From Deltaproteobacteria bacterium (GTDB lineage: Bacteria; Myxococcota; XYA12-FULL-58-9; JAFGEK01), in assembly GCA_016931625.1 (NCBI GenBank), contig JAFGEK010000020.1:39110-103109 (forward strand): a stretch of 64,000 nucleotides of DNA, written 5' to 3'. The notes beneath the pieces are model-generated. The model was not told the DNA's origin and did no database searches. It worked only from the letters and a program-made list of their open reading frames with translations. The position numbers were made by a program, and so were the translations under genes. Below are positions 50,075 through 59,646 of this stretch, piece after piece; positions within the stretch are counted from its first letter, which is position 1; every line of letters begins with the position of its first letter.

Positions 50075-50325
50075 ACCCGCCTCCTTAAGACAGCGGTCGT
50101 GCTTCTTTTTCCTTGCGCGAAGTGTCGCTATACTTATTTTTATGGCAACACTTTGCATATACTTATAGATCGTAGCCGAAATCCGCGCAGATGCAATTAT
50201 CAAAACTATCATGCTCATTTTGAATAATTTCGAATCTATTCAATAGGAAACTGCTCTAAGCGGTTGCGTCGCGGGTCATCGGTGTGGTACAGCGCCCGCT
50301 TTGTTGGTGATGGAGGTTTTTGGTA

Positions 50326-50688
50326 ATGACGCTCGTAAATTTAATAAATTTCGTAACGTTAGCGCAAGCTGCCGGTAATAGTGCTACAAAAGGTGGTCCA
50401 TTTGATGGTCTTGTAACCATTGGTGGCCCCATTTTAATGTTTGTGGTTATTTACCTGCTTTTAATACGTCCTGCTGGCAAACAACGCCGTGAGCATCAAG
50501 CAATGTTAAATAAGCTTGAAGCAGGCATTGAAGTCATTACCACTGGTGGTCTTATTGGCAAAATTGTGCGCATCGAAGATCGTATTGTTACTTTAGAAGT
50601 TGCCGATAAGGTTAAAATTAGGCTGCTAAGAGACCGTATTGCCGGTCGTTTTGCCTCACCAACTGCGGCTGCAGCTCAAAAGAGTTAA
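50326..50688 (+). CDS. yajC: Preprotein translocase subunit YajC
   Basis: A single transmembrane helix then ...LLIRPAGKQRREHQAMLNKLEAGIEVITTGGLIGKIVRI..., the YajC consensus. GGAGG 9 nt upstream of ATG 50326. Confidence 0.85.
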   Translation: MTLVNLINFVTLAQAAGNSATKGGPFDGLVTIGGPILMFVVIYLLLIRPAGKQRREHQAMLNKLEAGIEVITTGGLIGKIVRIEDRIVTLEVADKVKIRLLRDRIAGRFASPTAAAAQKS

Positions 50689-50713
50689 GGATATCAGCGA
50701 GGAACAAAAAAGC

Positions 50714-52525
50714 ATGAATCGCTCATGGTATTTTAAGTTTGTTCTGACGTTAATTTTTTTATTAGGGTCATTATATCTCTTATACCCATCTTACGTTTAC
50801 TACTATAAGGCTTCCGCAGCTGAACGTGAAGACAACGATGCTTTTTGCAAATCAATGCCAAAAGGCATGCATTGTAAAAAGTTCAATCTCGGCCTAGATC
50901 TTTATGGTGGCGTTCATCTGGTCATGGGTGTTGAGGTTGAAAAAGCAGTGCAACAAAGAGCTGATCGTCTCGCAGATGCCCTGCGTCAAGAGTTGAAAGA
51001 GCAAAAAATTAATTTTTCAAATATTATTAGACCAAGAGACAATAGCGATATCATTGTTACTTTAACCGCTAATGATTCTGATGAAAGTTTTAAAAAAATA
51101 ATTCGTAAAGAATTTAAAGTATTACACATAGTTCAACATGAAGATCGTACCTATACCCTTGCGGTAACCGGGGAATATGCAGAGCACATTCGCGAATCTG
51201 CCGTTGAGCAGGCAATTAAGACCATTCGTAACCGTGCTGATAAACTAGGTGTTACCGAACCTACGATTGCAAAGCGCGGTACTGATAACATTTTAATTCA
51301 ATTGCCAGGCGTTCGCGACCCTGACCGAGCTATTGCAGTTATTGGCCGCACGGCACAACTCGAATTTAAAATAGTTGACGCTGAAGCAACTGCGGTTTTT
51401 GACGAAATTACTAATGAGCAATTGCCGCAAGGTGTTACAAAAGAAGAGCACACCTTTACAGGTCATGGTGGTAAATCAACTCGCGAAGTTTATTTTGAAA
51501 CGCCATATGAGCAAAAAGAAGCCTTAGAAAAATTACTTACCGCAAAAATACCTTCTGACCGAGAGATTTTATTTGGTGATATCGATAGAAAAGGCAGTGC
51601 GGCTCAAGCGACACAAGTAAAAACACCACAACGTTTGCGCACCTATTTAGTTACTACCCGTCCTGGGATTACCGGTGATTATTTAACTGACGCTAATGTC
51701 GAGCAAGACCCAAAAATGCCGGGTGACTATTATGTCTCTATGACTTTCGATCAAAAGGGCGCTCAAATTTTTGCAAAGTTAACTGAAGAAAACGAACAGC
51801 GTATGATGGCTATTGTGCTTGACGAAAAAGTTAATAGCGCCCCAGTTATTCAAGAAAAAATTGGTGGAGGCTCAGCCCGTATCACTCTTGGTGGCAATTA
51901 CGGCTCAACAAATTCTCGCTTTGAAGAAGCAAAAGATCTTGCAACCGTGCTAAAAGCTGGTGCTTTACCAGCACCAGTTGATGTTCGTGAAAAACGCCAA
52001 GTTGGCAAAACTATGGGAGAGGATACTGCTCGCAAGGGCCAAATAGCCTTGGTTGTTGGTGTTTTTGCTGTATTAATTTTTATGGTTTTCTATTATCGGG
52101 TAAGTGGTTTAATTGCCAATTTCGGCTTAATTCTCAACTTTGTTTTATTGTTGGCAATTATGGTCGTTTTTGAAGCAACTCTTACCCTACCAGGTATGGC
52201 TGGCATCGCTTTAACTCTAGGTATGGCAGTAGATGCCAACGTACTTATTTGTGAGCGTATTCGTGAAGAACTTCGTTTGGGTAAAACACCGCGAGCTGCC
52301 ATTGATACTGGGTACAGCAAAGCTTTTTCAGCAATTTTTGACTCTAATGTGACAACATTAATTGCTGCAGTAGTGCTTATGCAGTATGGCACGGGGCCGG
52401 TGCGCGGTTTTGCCGTGACGCTTATAATTGGTCTGCTTTGTTCGTTATATACATCAGTAATTGTATCGCGGTTGATATATGACTTTATTACTTCTAGCTG
52501 GCGTATTCAGCGTTTAAGTATTTAA
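50714..52525 (+). CDS. secD: Protein translocase subunit SecD
   Basis: A large periplasmic domain, then the SecD membrane core with GLDLYGGVHLV near the N-terminus and ...MAGIALTLGMAVDANVLICERIREE.... ATG at 50714 after GAGG (the ORF-track start at 50639 overlaps yajC). Confidence 0.9.
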   Translation: MNRSWYFKFVLTLIFLLGSLYLLYPSYVYYYKASAAEREDNDAFCKSMPKGMHCKKFNLGLDLYGGVHLVMGVEVEKAVQQRADRLADALRQELKEQKINFSNIIRPRDNSDIIVTLTANDSDESFKKIIRKEFKVLHIVQHEDRTYTLAVTGEYAEHIRESAVEQAIKTIRNRADKLGVTEPTIAKRGTDNILIQLPGVRDPDRAIAVIGRTAQLEFKIVDAEATAVFDEITNEQLPQGVTKEEHTFTGHGGKSTREVYFETPYEQKEALEKLLTAKIPSDREILFGDIDRKGSAAQATQVKTPQRLRTYLVTTRPGITGDYLTDANVEQDPKMPGDYYVSMTFDQKGAQIFAKLTEENEQRMMAIVLDEKVNSAPVIQEKIGGGSARITLGGNYGSTNSRFEEAKDLATVLKAGALPAPVDVREKRQVGKTMGEDTARKGQIALVVGVFAVLIFMVFYYRVSGLIANFGLILNFVLLLAIMVVFEATLTLPGMAGIALTLGMAVDANVLICERIREELRLGKTPRAAIDTGYSKAFSAIFDSNVTTLIAAVVLMQYGTGPVRGFAVTLIIGLLCSLYTSVIVSRLIYDFITSSWRIQRLSI

Positions 52526-52538
52526 GGAACCAAATATT

Positions 52539-53687
52539 ATGCGAGAGTTCTTCAAACCAGGTTTATATATAAATTTTATGGGTAAGTTCCGAGTTTTCGG
52601 GACATTTTCAGCATTGCTGATTATCGGTAGCATAGTATCGATAGCAGTACGTGGTTTTAATTTTGGTCTCGATTTTGCTGGTGGTTATGAAATTCAGGTT
52701 AAATTGCCAAAAGCTGTCAACGAAGACGAGATTAATTCAGTAATTAGTCCATTAGGTATTACCGATGCTCGAGTGCAACAACTTGGTAATCAAGATGGCC
52801 TTGAATACTTAATTCTCGTTCGCCAACAGGGTACTCTTGGTGAAAAAGAAAAAGACGCACTTAAGAATGAATTTGAAACACTTGCTGGTGGTATTAATAA
52901 AATTGCTAATTGGACAATAGCCGAAAGTGGTGAAGTTATAAGTGTGGGTTTTGATCAACCGATAATCGAAGATCAAGTACAAGCTCTGCTATCTAAGCAT
53001 AATTTAAAAGTGCTCAAGATTACCGCTGGCGAACGTGCAGATAAGTCAGAATATACAATTGAACTTGCATCTATCGGCCAGCAAATAACTGAAGTTTTAA
53101 ATAAAAAAATGAATGTAGATGCAGGCAATGTATCGATAGAATTTGTTGGCCCTCAAGTTGGTGAGCAACTTCGTAATCAGGGGATTATGGCCGTAGCAAT
53201 ATCGCTACTATTTTTGATGTTATATATAGCCATTCGTTTTGATTTTTATTTTTCTCCTGGTGCCATCATCGCTATTCTTCATGATGTTACAATAGTTCTA
53301 GGAGTGTTTTCGTTTTTTCAAATTGATTTCACTTTATCAACGGTTGCCGGTATTCTTACTCTTATTGGTTACTCATTAAACGATACGGTTGTTGTCTATG
53401 ATCGCATTCGAGAAAATATTGCTCGGTTACGTGGTCGTGAGTTGCGTTTTTTAGTTAGTTCTTCGATTAGTGAAACGCTTTCCCGTACTATGCTTACAGG
53501 TCTAACAACAATGTTCGTAGTAATTTCGTTATTTATTTGGGGCGGTCGCGCGTTAATGGATTTTTCCGCGTGTTTATTGGTAGGAATTATCATTGGTACT
53601 TATTCATCAATTGCTATTGCTGCTCCATCTTATGTGTTGTTGCGTGAGCAATACGACCGTCGGGTCAAAACAAAAGCAAGCGCTTAA
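52539..53687 (+). CDS. secF: Protein translocase subunit SecF (with an extended periplasmic insert)
   Basis: ...GLDFAGGYEIQVK... and the C-terminal ...LNDTVVVYDRIRENI...ETLSRTMLTGLTTM... are SecF motifs. 382 aa. Confidence 0.85.
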   Translation: MREFFKPGLYINFMGKFRVFGTFSALLIIGSIVSIAVRGFNFGLDFAGGYEIQVKLPKAVNEDEINSVISPLGITDARVQQLGNQDGLEYLILVRQQGTLGEKEKDALKNEFETLAGGINKIANWTIAESGEVISVGFDQPIIEDQVQALLSKHNLKVLKITAGERADKSEYTIELASIGQQITEVLNKKMNVDAGNVSIEFVGPQVGEQLRNQGIMAVAISLLFLMLYIAIRFDFYFSPGAIIAILHDVTIVLGVFSFFQIDFTLSTVAGILTLIGYSLNDTVVVYDRIRENIARLRGRELRFLVSSSISETLSRTMLTGLTTMFVVISLFIWGGRALMDFSACLLVGIIIGTYSSIAIAAPSYVLLREQYDRRVKTKASA

Positions 53688-54187
53688 ATTTCTTTAGACG
53701 ATACACCGCACTTACTAGTAAACTAAAATATAACAAGACGATTTTATGTCTTGAACGTTAATTAAATACAGTTAGTTCTGTTAAAAGTTTTGGTGGAGTG
53801 ATGGTGCGATGATCGGGCCCCCTTTGGCGGTTGGCAATTTCGCGAAAAAAGAATAACCCAATCATCACACCACCGCTCAACCAAAATATAAGATAGAGCA
53901 AGGTAGAAAAGTCTTATACTCGATTTGATCAGTGGCTGAAAAGTACACAAAAGGTTTTTTAAGAGCAGCAGAATTGTAAATTTATTGTTAAAATTATAAA
54001 AAACCAATAAAATCAACGAATAAGCTAGGCGATCAAGGACTTAAAACGTACAAAAACCTGTATAAAAACTTAAATCGCGATTTGATGCGTAAATGGTAGG
54101 TTTTTTCGTAAAAATGCCATGTTGTAAGCAAAAAAGCGGACTATACCTAATAACAATGGTAGGGTGTTTGAATAATAAGGAGTCTCT

Positions 54188-55987
54188 ATGGAGCGAGTTG
54201 AGGGTGAAGCTAAAACCAGACGATACCCACGTGTACCATTTCACACTCATGTCGATGTAAGCGGTAATTCATTAAACATTGCTGGGTTTACTAGCAATAT
54301 TAGCCGTGATGGTTTGGCTTTTAGTCTACCGCTTAAAGATTTGGGCGAAAAAGCTGGTAGATTGCCGGTAGGTACTGAATTAGCTCTGCGTTTGCATCTT
54401 CCAACTCTTCAGGCTCCATTGATCATTAAATGTCAAGTAGCTTGGACTGGCCAGCCTGCCAGAGATTCTGCAGGACGACTTGCGGTTCGTATGGGAGTAC
54501 ATTTTTGTTCCGAACAACCCAGTGTCGACCAAGCTGTTGTCGAGCTTATGGCCAGTTTTCGTCATCGTATAGCTATTATTGATTTTCCTGTAATTGAAAA
54601 AATTAAAGAGACATTAGATGATTTATATCCAATCGAAGAGATAAAGGACCTTGAGACATTAAATACTTCGATGTCTCGCAGTGAAGTCGGATTAATTGTT
54701 ATTGGCAACGGTAAAGGAGATGATGTTTTAATTAAAACGGTTATTGAAATTTTACGGTACACGCAAGTAGAAATTCAACCACCATTATTAGTATGTGTGC
54801 CCGAAGATTCGAAAGCTTTTTCTCAGCTTCCCCCTGATAAATTTAATGTTTTATTTGCCCGCTGGCCAATTAGTGCCTTAGAACTGCGTGCTTTGGCAGT
54901 CAGAAGTGTTGAAAGCCATGCTGTAGCTTTAGAAAATGCCAGATTAAGGTTTGAACTAGAAGGTATGGTTGAACGGCTACAACGTGAAAACCAATTTTTC
55001 AGAGGTAAATTTGTCACCGGCTCTCGTTTTGAAGGAATAATTGGTGATAGTGCACCAATGCGACGCTTATATGAAACTGTTGAACGGGTAGCAGCTTCGG
55101 ACGCGAATGCTATTATTTTAGGTGAAACAGGGACAGGCAAAGAGCTAATCGCTCGTGCTTTATTTTTGCATAGTCGTCGTGCAGATAAACCATTTCTTGC
55201 GCAAAACTGTGCTGCACTTTCAGAATCTTTGCTGGATAGCGAATTATTTGGTCATTGTCGTGGCGCTTTTACCGGCGCGGTTTTGGATCACGCTGGTTTA
55301 TTTGAAGCTGCTGATGGCGGTACCATTTTTTTAGATGAAGTTGCTGAGATGAGTCAGACTATGCAAGCAAAGCTTTTGCGCGTATTACAAAATAAGGAGC
55401 TTCGTCGCATAGGTGAAACTAAAATTCGTCAAATTGATGTACGGGTAATATGTGCAACTCATCGTAATCTTGAGACGATGATTGCCGATGGCAGATTTCG
55501 GGCTGATTTATATTATCGCATTGCGGTTATTTCATTACACATACCACCATTACGTGAACGTCGTGATGATATTCTTGCCTTAGCTACACACTTTTTGGCG
55601 CATTTTGCGGCAGAAAATGGTACCGAGCCCGTAATGGTATCGGCTGAAGCAATGAGATTGTTAGAAGCATATTCATGGAAAGGTAATGTGCGTGAATTGC
55701 AGCACTCTATGGAAAAGCTTGCCATGTTGACTCCGAAAGGAGCACGAATTACTGCTGAAAGTGTTGCTGATATTTTAGGGCGCGAAAAATTAAGCTCGCA
55801 ACAGATAGAAGATCTACAAGAAACCATGCCTTTAGACGCAGCACTTGAAGATTGTGAAAAAAGACTTATCGAAAGAGCCCTGCGTATCAACCAAGGGGTT
55901 ATTGCTAAAGCAGCACGTACTCTTGGAGTAAATCGCAGTACCTTATCAAAGCGTTGCCGACGTTTAGGAATTCAAGCAACTGAATGA
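54188..55987 (+). CDS. Sigma-54-dependent transcriptional activator with an N-terminal PilZ domain (PilZ / linker / AAA+ sigma54-interaction domain / Fis-type HTH)
   Basis: PilZ motifs RRYPR (RxxxR) and NISRDGLAF ([DN]xSxxG). AAA+ motifs GETGTGKELIARALF (Walker A), GAFTGA (the sigma54-contact loop), FLDEV (Walker B). C-terminal HTH VIAKAARTLGVNRSTLSKRCRRLGI. Confidence 0.85.
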   Translation: MERVEGEAKTRRYPRVPFHTHVDVSGNSLNIAGFTSNISRDGLAFSLPLKDLGEKAGRLPVGTELALRLHLPTLQAPLIIKCQVAWTGQPARDSAGRLAVRMGVHFCSEQPSVDQAVVELMASFRHRIAIIDFPVIEKIKETLDDLYPIEEIKDLETLNTSMSRSEVGLIVIGNGKGDDVLIKTVIEILRYTQVEIQPPLLVCVPEDSKAFSQLPPDKFNVLFARWPISALELRALAVRSVESHAVALENARLRFELEGMVERLQRENQFFRGKFVTGSRFEGIIGDSAPMRRLYETVERVAASDANAIILGETGTGKELIARALFLHSRRADKPFLAQNCAALSESLLDSELFGHCRGAFTGAVLDHAGLFEAADGGTIFLDEVAEMSQTMQAKLLRVLQNKELRRIGETKIRQIDVRVICATHRNLETMIADGRFRADLYYRIAVISLHIPPLRERRDDILALATHFLAHFAAENGTEPVMVSAEAMRLLEAYSWKGNVRELQHSMEKLAMLTPKGARITAESVADILGREKLSSQQIEDLQETMPLDAALEDCEKRLIERALRINQGVIAKAARTLGVNRSTLSKRCRRLGIQATE

Positions 55988-55999
55988 ACGTAAAGTAAA

Positions 56000-56027
56000 G
56001 TAGGGGCTAATAATTATTAGCCCCTAC
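56000..56027. terminator. Perfect 28-nt palindrome GTAGGGGCTAATAATTATTAGCCCCTAC, a bidirectional intrinsic terminator between convergent genes
   Basis: A 12-bp GC-containing stem around an AATT centre, with A/T-rich flanks on both sides. It sits between the activator stop (55987) and the SCPU gene stop (56027). Confidence 0.6.
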
Positions 56028-56563
56028 TACCATTGTACAGTTGCTACAATAGTATCGAGATAGTTACCAGCCGGTATGTCTTGGCCTGGTGGTATTCGCC
56101 CATAAATAGTTACAGTTACATTTGAGTTTTTTGGCGGTATAGTTTGGTAATAAGTAGTACCTTCTGTACCATCTCCCCATATATTACTATGTGCTGCGTC
56201 TAAATAGAGATTGTATTGTTGCACATAAGCACCACTTTGCATTTGGCGCGGATTATAGCTGGTAGCACTACCACGGCTAAGGGTTATTAATACGGGATCT
56301 CCATTTACTTGACGACAACGATAAGTGATGCTGCCGGTTGAATCAGTTGGAGTGGCGTTAAAAACATCGTAGGTGCCAAAATTAATGCCTACAGTACCTC
56401 GAATATTACATTTTATCGCCAAGGCAGTATTAGATGCTGCAAACAAAAGAAATACACCAAAAACAAATGCAATAAGTGGTGTTCTTCTTTTAAACCAACC
56501 ATTTGTTTTTTGCCTTGCCTGTTTAAAAATGAGGCGCGGTTGAAAACGGTGGCATATATGCAT
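56027..56563 (-). CDS. Spore-coat-protein-U (SCPU) domain pilus subunit (Csu-type, distal or tip-associated)
   Basis: A signal-peptide-like segment, then the SCPU pattern ...YNLYLDAAHSNIWGDG...GRIPPGQDIPAGNYLDTIVATVQW. Confidence 0.7.
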   Translation of the reverse strand: MHICHRFQPRLIFKQARQKTNGWFKRRTPLIAFVFGVFLLFAASNTALAIKCNIRGTVGINFGTYDVFNATPTDSTGSITYRCRQVNGDPVLITLSRGSATSYNPRQMQSGAYVQQYNLYLDAAHSNIWGDGTEGTTYYQTIPPKNSNVTVTIYGRIPPGQDIPAGNYLDTIVATVQW

Positions 56564-56743
56564 ACATATACTCCAAAAACGATGTCTCGCAATGTTCGTT
56601 TTTACTTAGTTAGTAAAATCAAACAACCGCAATCACATAATTATATTGTATCGTGTTATTTAACATAAGGCATGTTATATACGCAAAAATAGATAACTAA
56701 ATGTTTTAAATAGGAAAGCTAAAATTATATTATTTGTACAGTG

Positions 56744-57283
56744 TTACCATTGTAATGTTGCAACGATGGTATCGTGGTAATTACCTGCTGGTATATCTTG
56801 CCCTGGGGGTATACGTCCATAAATAGTAACAGTTTCGGTTCTGAAATTAGGCGGGACAGTTTGAAAATACGAACTACCTCCTGAACCATCACCCCATATG
56901 ATGGTGCGGGATGCATCGAGATAAAGATTATATTGTAAGGTGAATCCACCATTTTGCATTCGTCTAGGAGTATAACTTGCGGCACCACCACGACTGAGGG
57001 ATAATCTTACTGAAGCGCCTCCGACAAAAAAGCAGAAATAGCTGAAACTGCCAGTCGAATCAGTGGGAGTACTATTAAATACATCATAAGCCCCAAAATT
57101 TATTCCCGTCGATTGGGTAATAAAACAATAAATCGCATGTGCATTGGTAGGGGCAAATAGTAAAAAAAGTAAGATAAACACTGATAGAATATTAAATCTA
57201 CTTAATGTCTTTTTATCATTATAGCTGATAGGTCGGGGTTTAACGACCTTATCAAATTTTTTTATTCCGAAATGGCAATACAT
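56744..57283 (-). CDS. SCPU-domain pilus subunit (paralog of 56027)
   Basis: ...YNLYLDASRTIIWGDG...GRIPPGQDIPAGNYHDTIVATLQW, the same C-terminal pattern. Overlaps the usher gene by 22 nt. Confidence 0.7.
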   Translation of the reverse strand: MYCHFGIKKFDKVVKPRPISYNDKKTLSRFNILSVFILLFLLFAPTNAHAIYCFITQSTGINFGAYDVFNSTPTDSTGSFSYFCFFVGGASVRLSLSRGGAASYTPRRMQNGGFTLQYNLYLDASRTIIWGDGSGGSSYFQTVPPNFRTETVTIYGRIPPGQDIPAGNYHDTIVATLQW

Positions 57284-59646
57284 TTAACTACTCCCAAGTC
57301 GATAAATTGTTCGTCTTTTTGTGGTACAACTAAAGCAAAAATGCAGTTTGTACCGCTATAATATATTGTAGCCTGATAAGTTCCTGAGCGCAGGTTTTCA
57401 AAATAAAATTCAGCATTCGCGCCAAGAGGTGATGTCATAATGCCATTGTTGGTCGCGATGGTTAAATCTCCATAATTTGGTTGAAGTATTTCGTCATCCT
57501 TGATGAGAATGATTTTGCCGATAATAGCTTGCATTTTACGCATCTTTGGCTCTACTAATGCTCCACCTCTATATGGTGGAGCAACTATTACTTCCGATTG
57601 CTCAATTTCATAATTAAAAGGAACATCAGCATCACTTATACTTATGCGATTGCCATAATATGGTAATAAATTGGGCACTAAAAATTCTCCACTAGCATCA
57701 GTTTGACCAATAATTTGATTGTCTAGTAATACGGAGACATCGGGTGTTTTTGGTAAACGTACTAATGCAAAACTATTACTTATTGGTCTGCTGGCTTTAA
57801 GCGACCCGTCAAGCCAAACTAAAGAACCAGTTGCACTTACACTGCCGGTGTTCTGTGCACCATACTCATTATGGATACCATCATAGCTAGCTTCATAGCG
57901 TCCATAATCCCATTGATACTGCATTAACGCCCGTGCGGCACCACCACCAGCGTTAAATGTTTGTAATTCAGAGCGGTAACCGATGCCTTCATTAGGAGGT
58001 AAGGGTTTTTGCATTTGAAAAGTTGTAGTGGCATTTGCACCAGTTTGATGTGATACCGCGGCGCTAGTCGATTGCGGCATTGTGTAAGTCAAGCCTATAA
58101 AAGCAGAGGTAGTAGTTGAATTATCTTCAATTGTTAAATCTGTTGTTAAAAAGAAACTTAACGCACCAAGCTGCCAATTAGTATTAACCGAAAATTGATG
58201 TGTGGCGGTATGGTTCTGATGCACACCTAAATCATAATGTAGTGACAAACCTACACCAAAAGGTAATGGTAATGAAATAAAAGCTGCAGCATCGATAGGT
58301 AATTTTTCAATTTCAGTCGATGAATTAAGGCTGGTGTAAGCATTGTTTTGCACTTGTAGCGAGCCGCCAAAACTAAGATATCGACTAGAGTTAGTATAGA
58401 TTAACGCTCCGGCAGAACCAGTGCGGTTTTCACTAAAACTCATGGCGCCTGCAAGCTCTAATTCACCAATAGGTAAACCCAAGCTAATGGTAGGACCAAA
58501 ATTAGTTTGCCATGGTGTGGCATCAGTGCGACCACCAACCGTCAACCAATCATTAACACCTGTGCGGTAATATCCAAGAACTACAGCTTTACCATAGTCA
58601 AAACTTTTTTGGGTGTTTTCGCGTAGGACCCCTAGATTGACCGAAAATTCCGTAATATCTGGCGATAATAAAGATGCTGCAAAATAATAAGGCGAAATTA
58701 TTTCACGACTTTCGCCAAAAGCATCACGCATAATTACTTCTACCGAACCTCGACCTACTGGTGTTGGAATATTTTCAATATTAAAAGGTCCTGGCGGCAA
58801 TTGTTCACGCCGCAGAAATATCCCATTACGATAAATTTCAATAGTTGCTGGGGTTAATACTGAACCTGAAATACCATGTCCTGGTTGCCGTAAAAAATAG
58901 GGGTCAAGAGCAAAATTACGTGCAACGCTAATACCCGCAAATTGTGCGCTACTACCTAAAAGTCCGGTACTAGCTTGCGCGTCACCAAGAGTCCAGCGCG
59001 TTAGATTTTCTGTGTCATCATAAACAAAATAACTTGGTCCGCGAACAAATTCACCTAAAGTAGTACGTCTGACGCTGTTATAAAGTAGTCCCCAAGGTGA
59101 ATTAAATGCCAACTCAGAAAACCCACTAAAATCGGTACTATTGCTCCAATCAATAGCATAATTTAATAATAGACTGTTATCACGTGGATATTGGATATCC
59201 TTGGGTCGATTAGACCTCATGCTAATAGTCGTCGGTGCAAAAAAATCAGGGGCAGCAGTTAAGCTTAAACTAAGTGTTTGCTCGTCAAAGGTATAAGTTA
59301 TTTTTGGCGCTAACGATTTTAACAACACCATGTCTTCGCCATAAAAAATATTATAAGTACCTTTGGTTTCTTTAATGCCTGCAGCAAGTAAGTCATTAAC
59401 TCGCAAATAAATATCCTTATTAAGTAAATAGATTAACACTTCACCCTTGGGTACTGAATTTACCGACATTGGTACTACTATGGGTAAGGGTAACATAGTG
59501 GGATCTTCAGGTAGATCAGAGATGGCTAATGCTGGCAGACTAATAAAGAAGATAAATATAAATACAGTTCGTTGATGCCGCGCCAAGAGTCGGAATATAA
59601 AATAAAAATAACGTGCTAAAGCACCTATTTTAAGGCCCACATACAT
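57262..59646 (-). CDS. Fimbrial outer-membrane usher protein
   Basis: About 790 aa, signal peptide, large beta-barrel. Positioned between the chaperone and subunit genes as in csuD/fimD-type systems. Confidence 0.75.
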   Translation of the reverse strand: MYVGLKIGALARYFYFIFRLLARHQRTVFIFIFFISLPALAISDLPEDPTMLPLPIVVPMSVNSVPKGEVLIYLLNKDIYLRVNDLLAAGIKETKGTYNIFYGEDMVLLKSLAPKITYTFDEQTLSLSLTAAPDFFAPTTISMRSNRPKDIQYPRDNSLLLNYAIDWSNSTDFSGFSELAFNSPWGLLYNSVRRTTLGEFVRGPSYFVYDDTENLTRWTLGDAQASTGLLGSSAQFAGISVARNFALDPYFLRQPGHGISGSVLTPATIEIYRNGIFLRREQLPPGPFNIENIPTPVGRGSVEVIMRDAFGESREIISPYYFAASLLSPDITEFSVNLGVLRENTQKSFDYGKAVVLGYYRTGVNDWLTVGGRTDATPWQTNFGPTISLGLPIGELELAGAMSFSENRTGSAGALIYTNSSRYLSFGGSLQVQNNAYTSLNSSTEIEKLPIDAAAFISLPLPFGVGLSLHYDLGVHQNHTATHQFSVNTNWQLGALSFFLTTDLTIEDNSTTTSAFIGLTYTMPQSTSAAVSHQTGANATTTFQMQKPLPPNEGIGYRSELQTFNAGGGAARALMQYQWDYGRYEASYDGIHNEYGAQNTGSVSATGSLVWLDGSLKASRPISNSFALVRLPKTPDVSVLLDNQIIGQTDASGEFLVPNLLPYYGNRISISDADVPFNYEIEQSEVIVAPPYRGGALVEPKMRKMQAIIGKIILIKDDEILQPNYGDLTIATNNGIMTSPLGANAEFYFENLRSGTYQATIYYSGTNCIFALVVPQKDEQFIDLGVVKCIAISE

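Noticed and set aside
53762-54250. Two minus-strand ORFs (84 aa and 69 aa) in the secF-EBP intergenic region
   Set aside because: A/T-rich promoter region with no RBS, and low-complexity translations.
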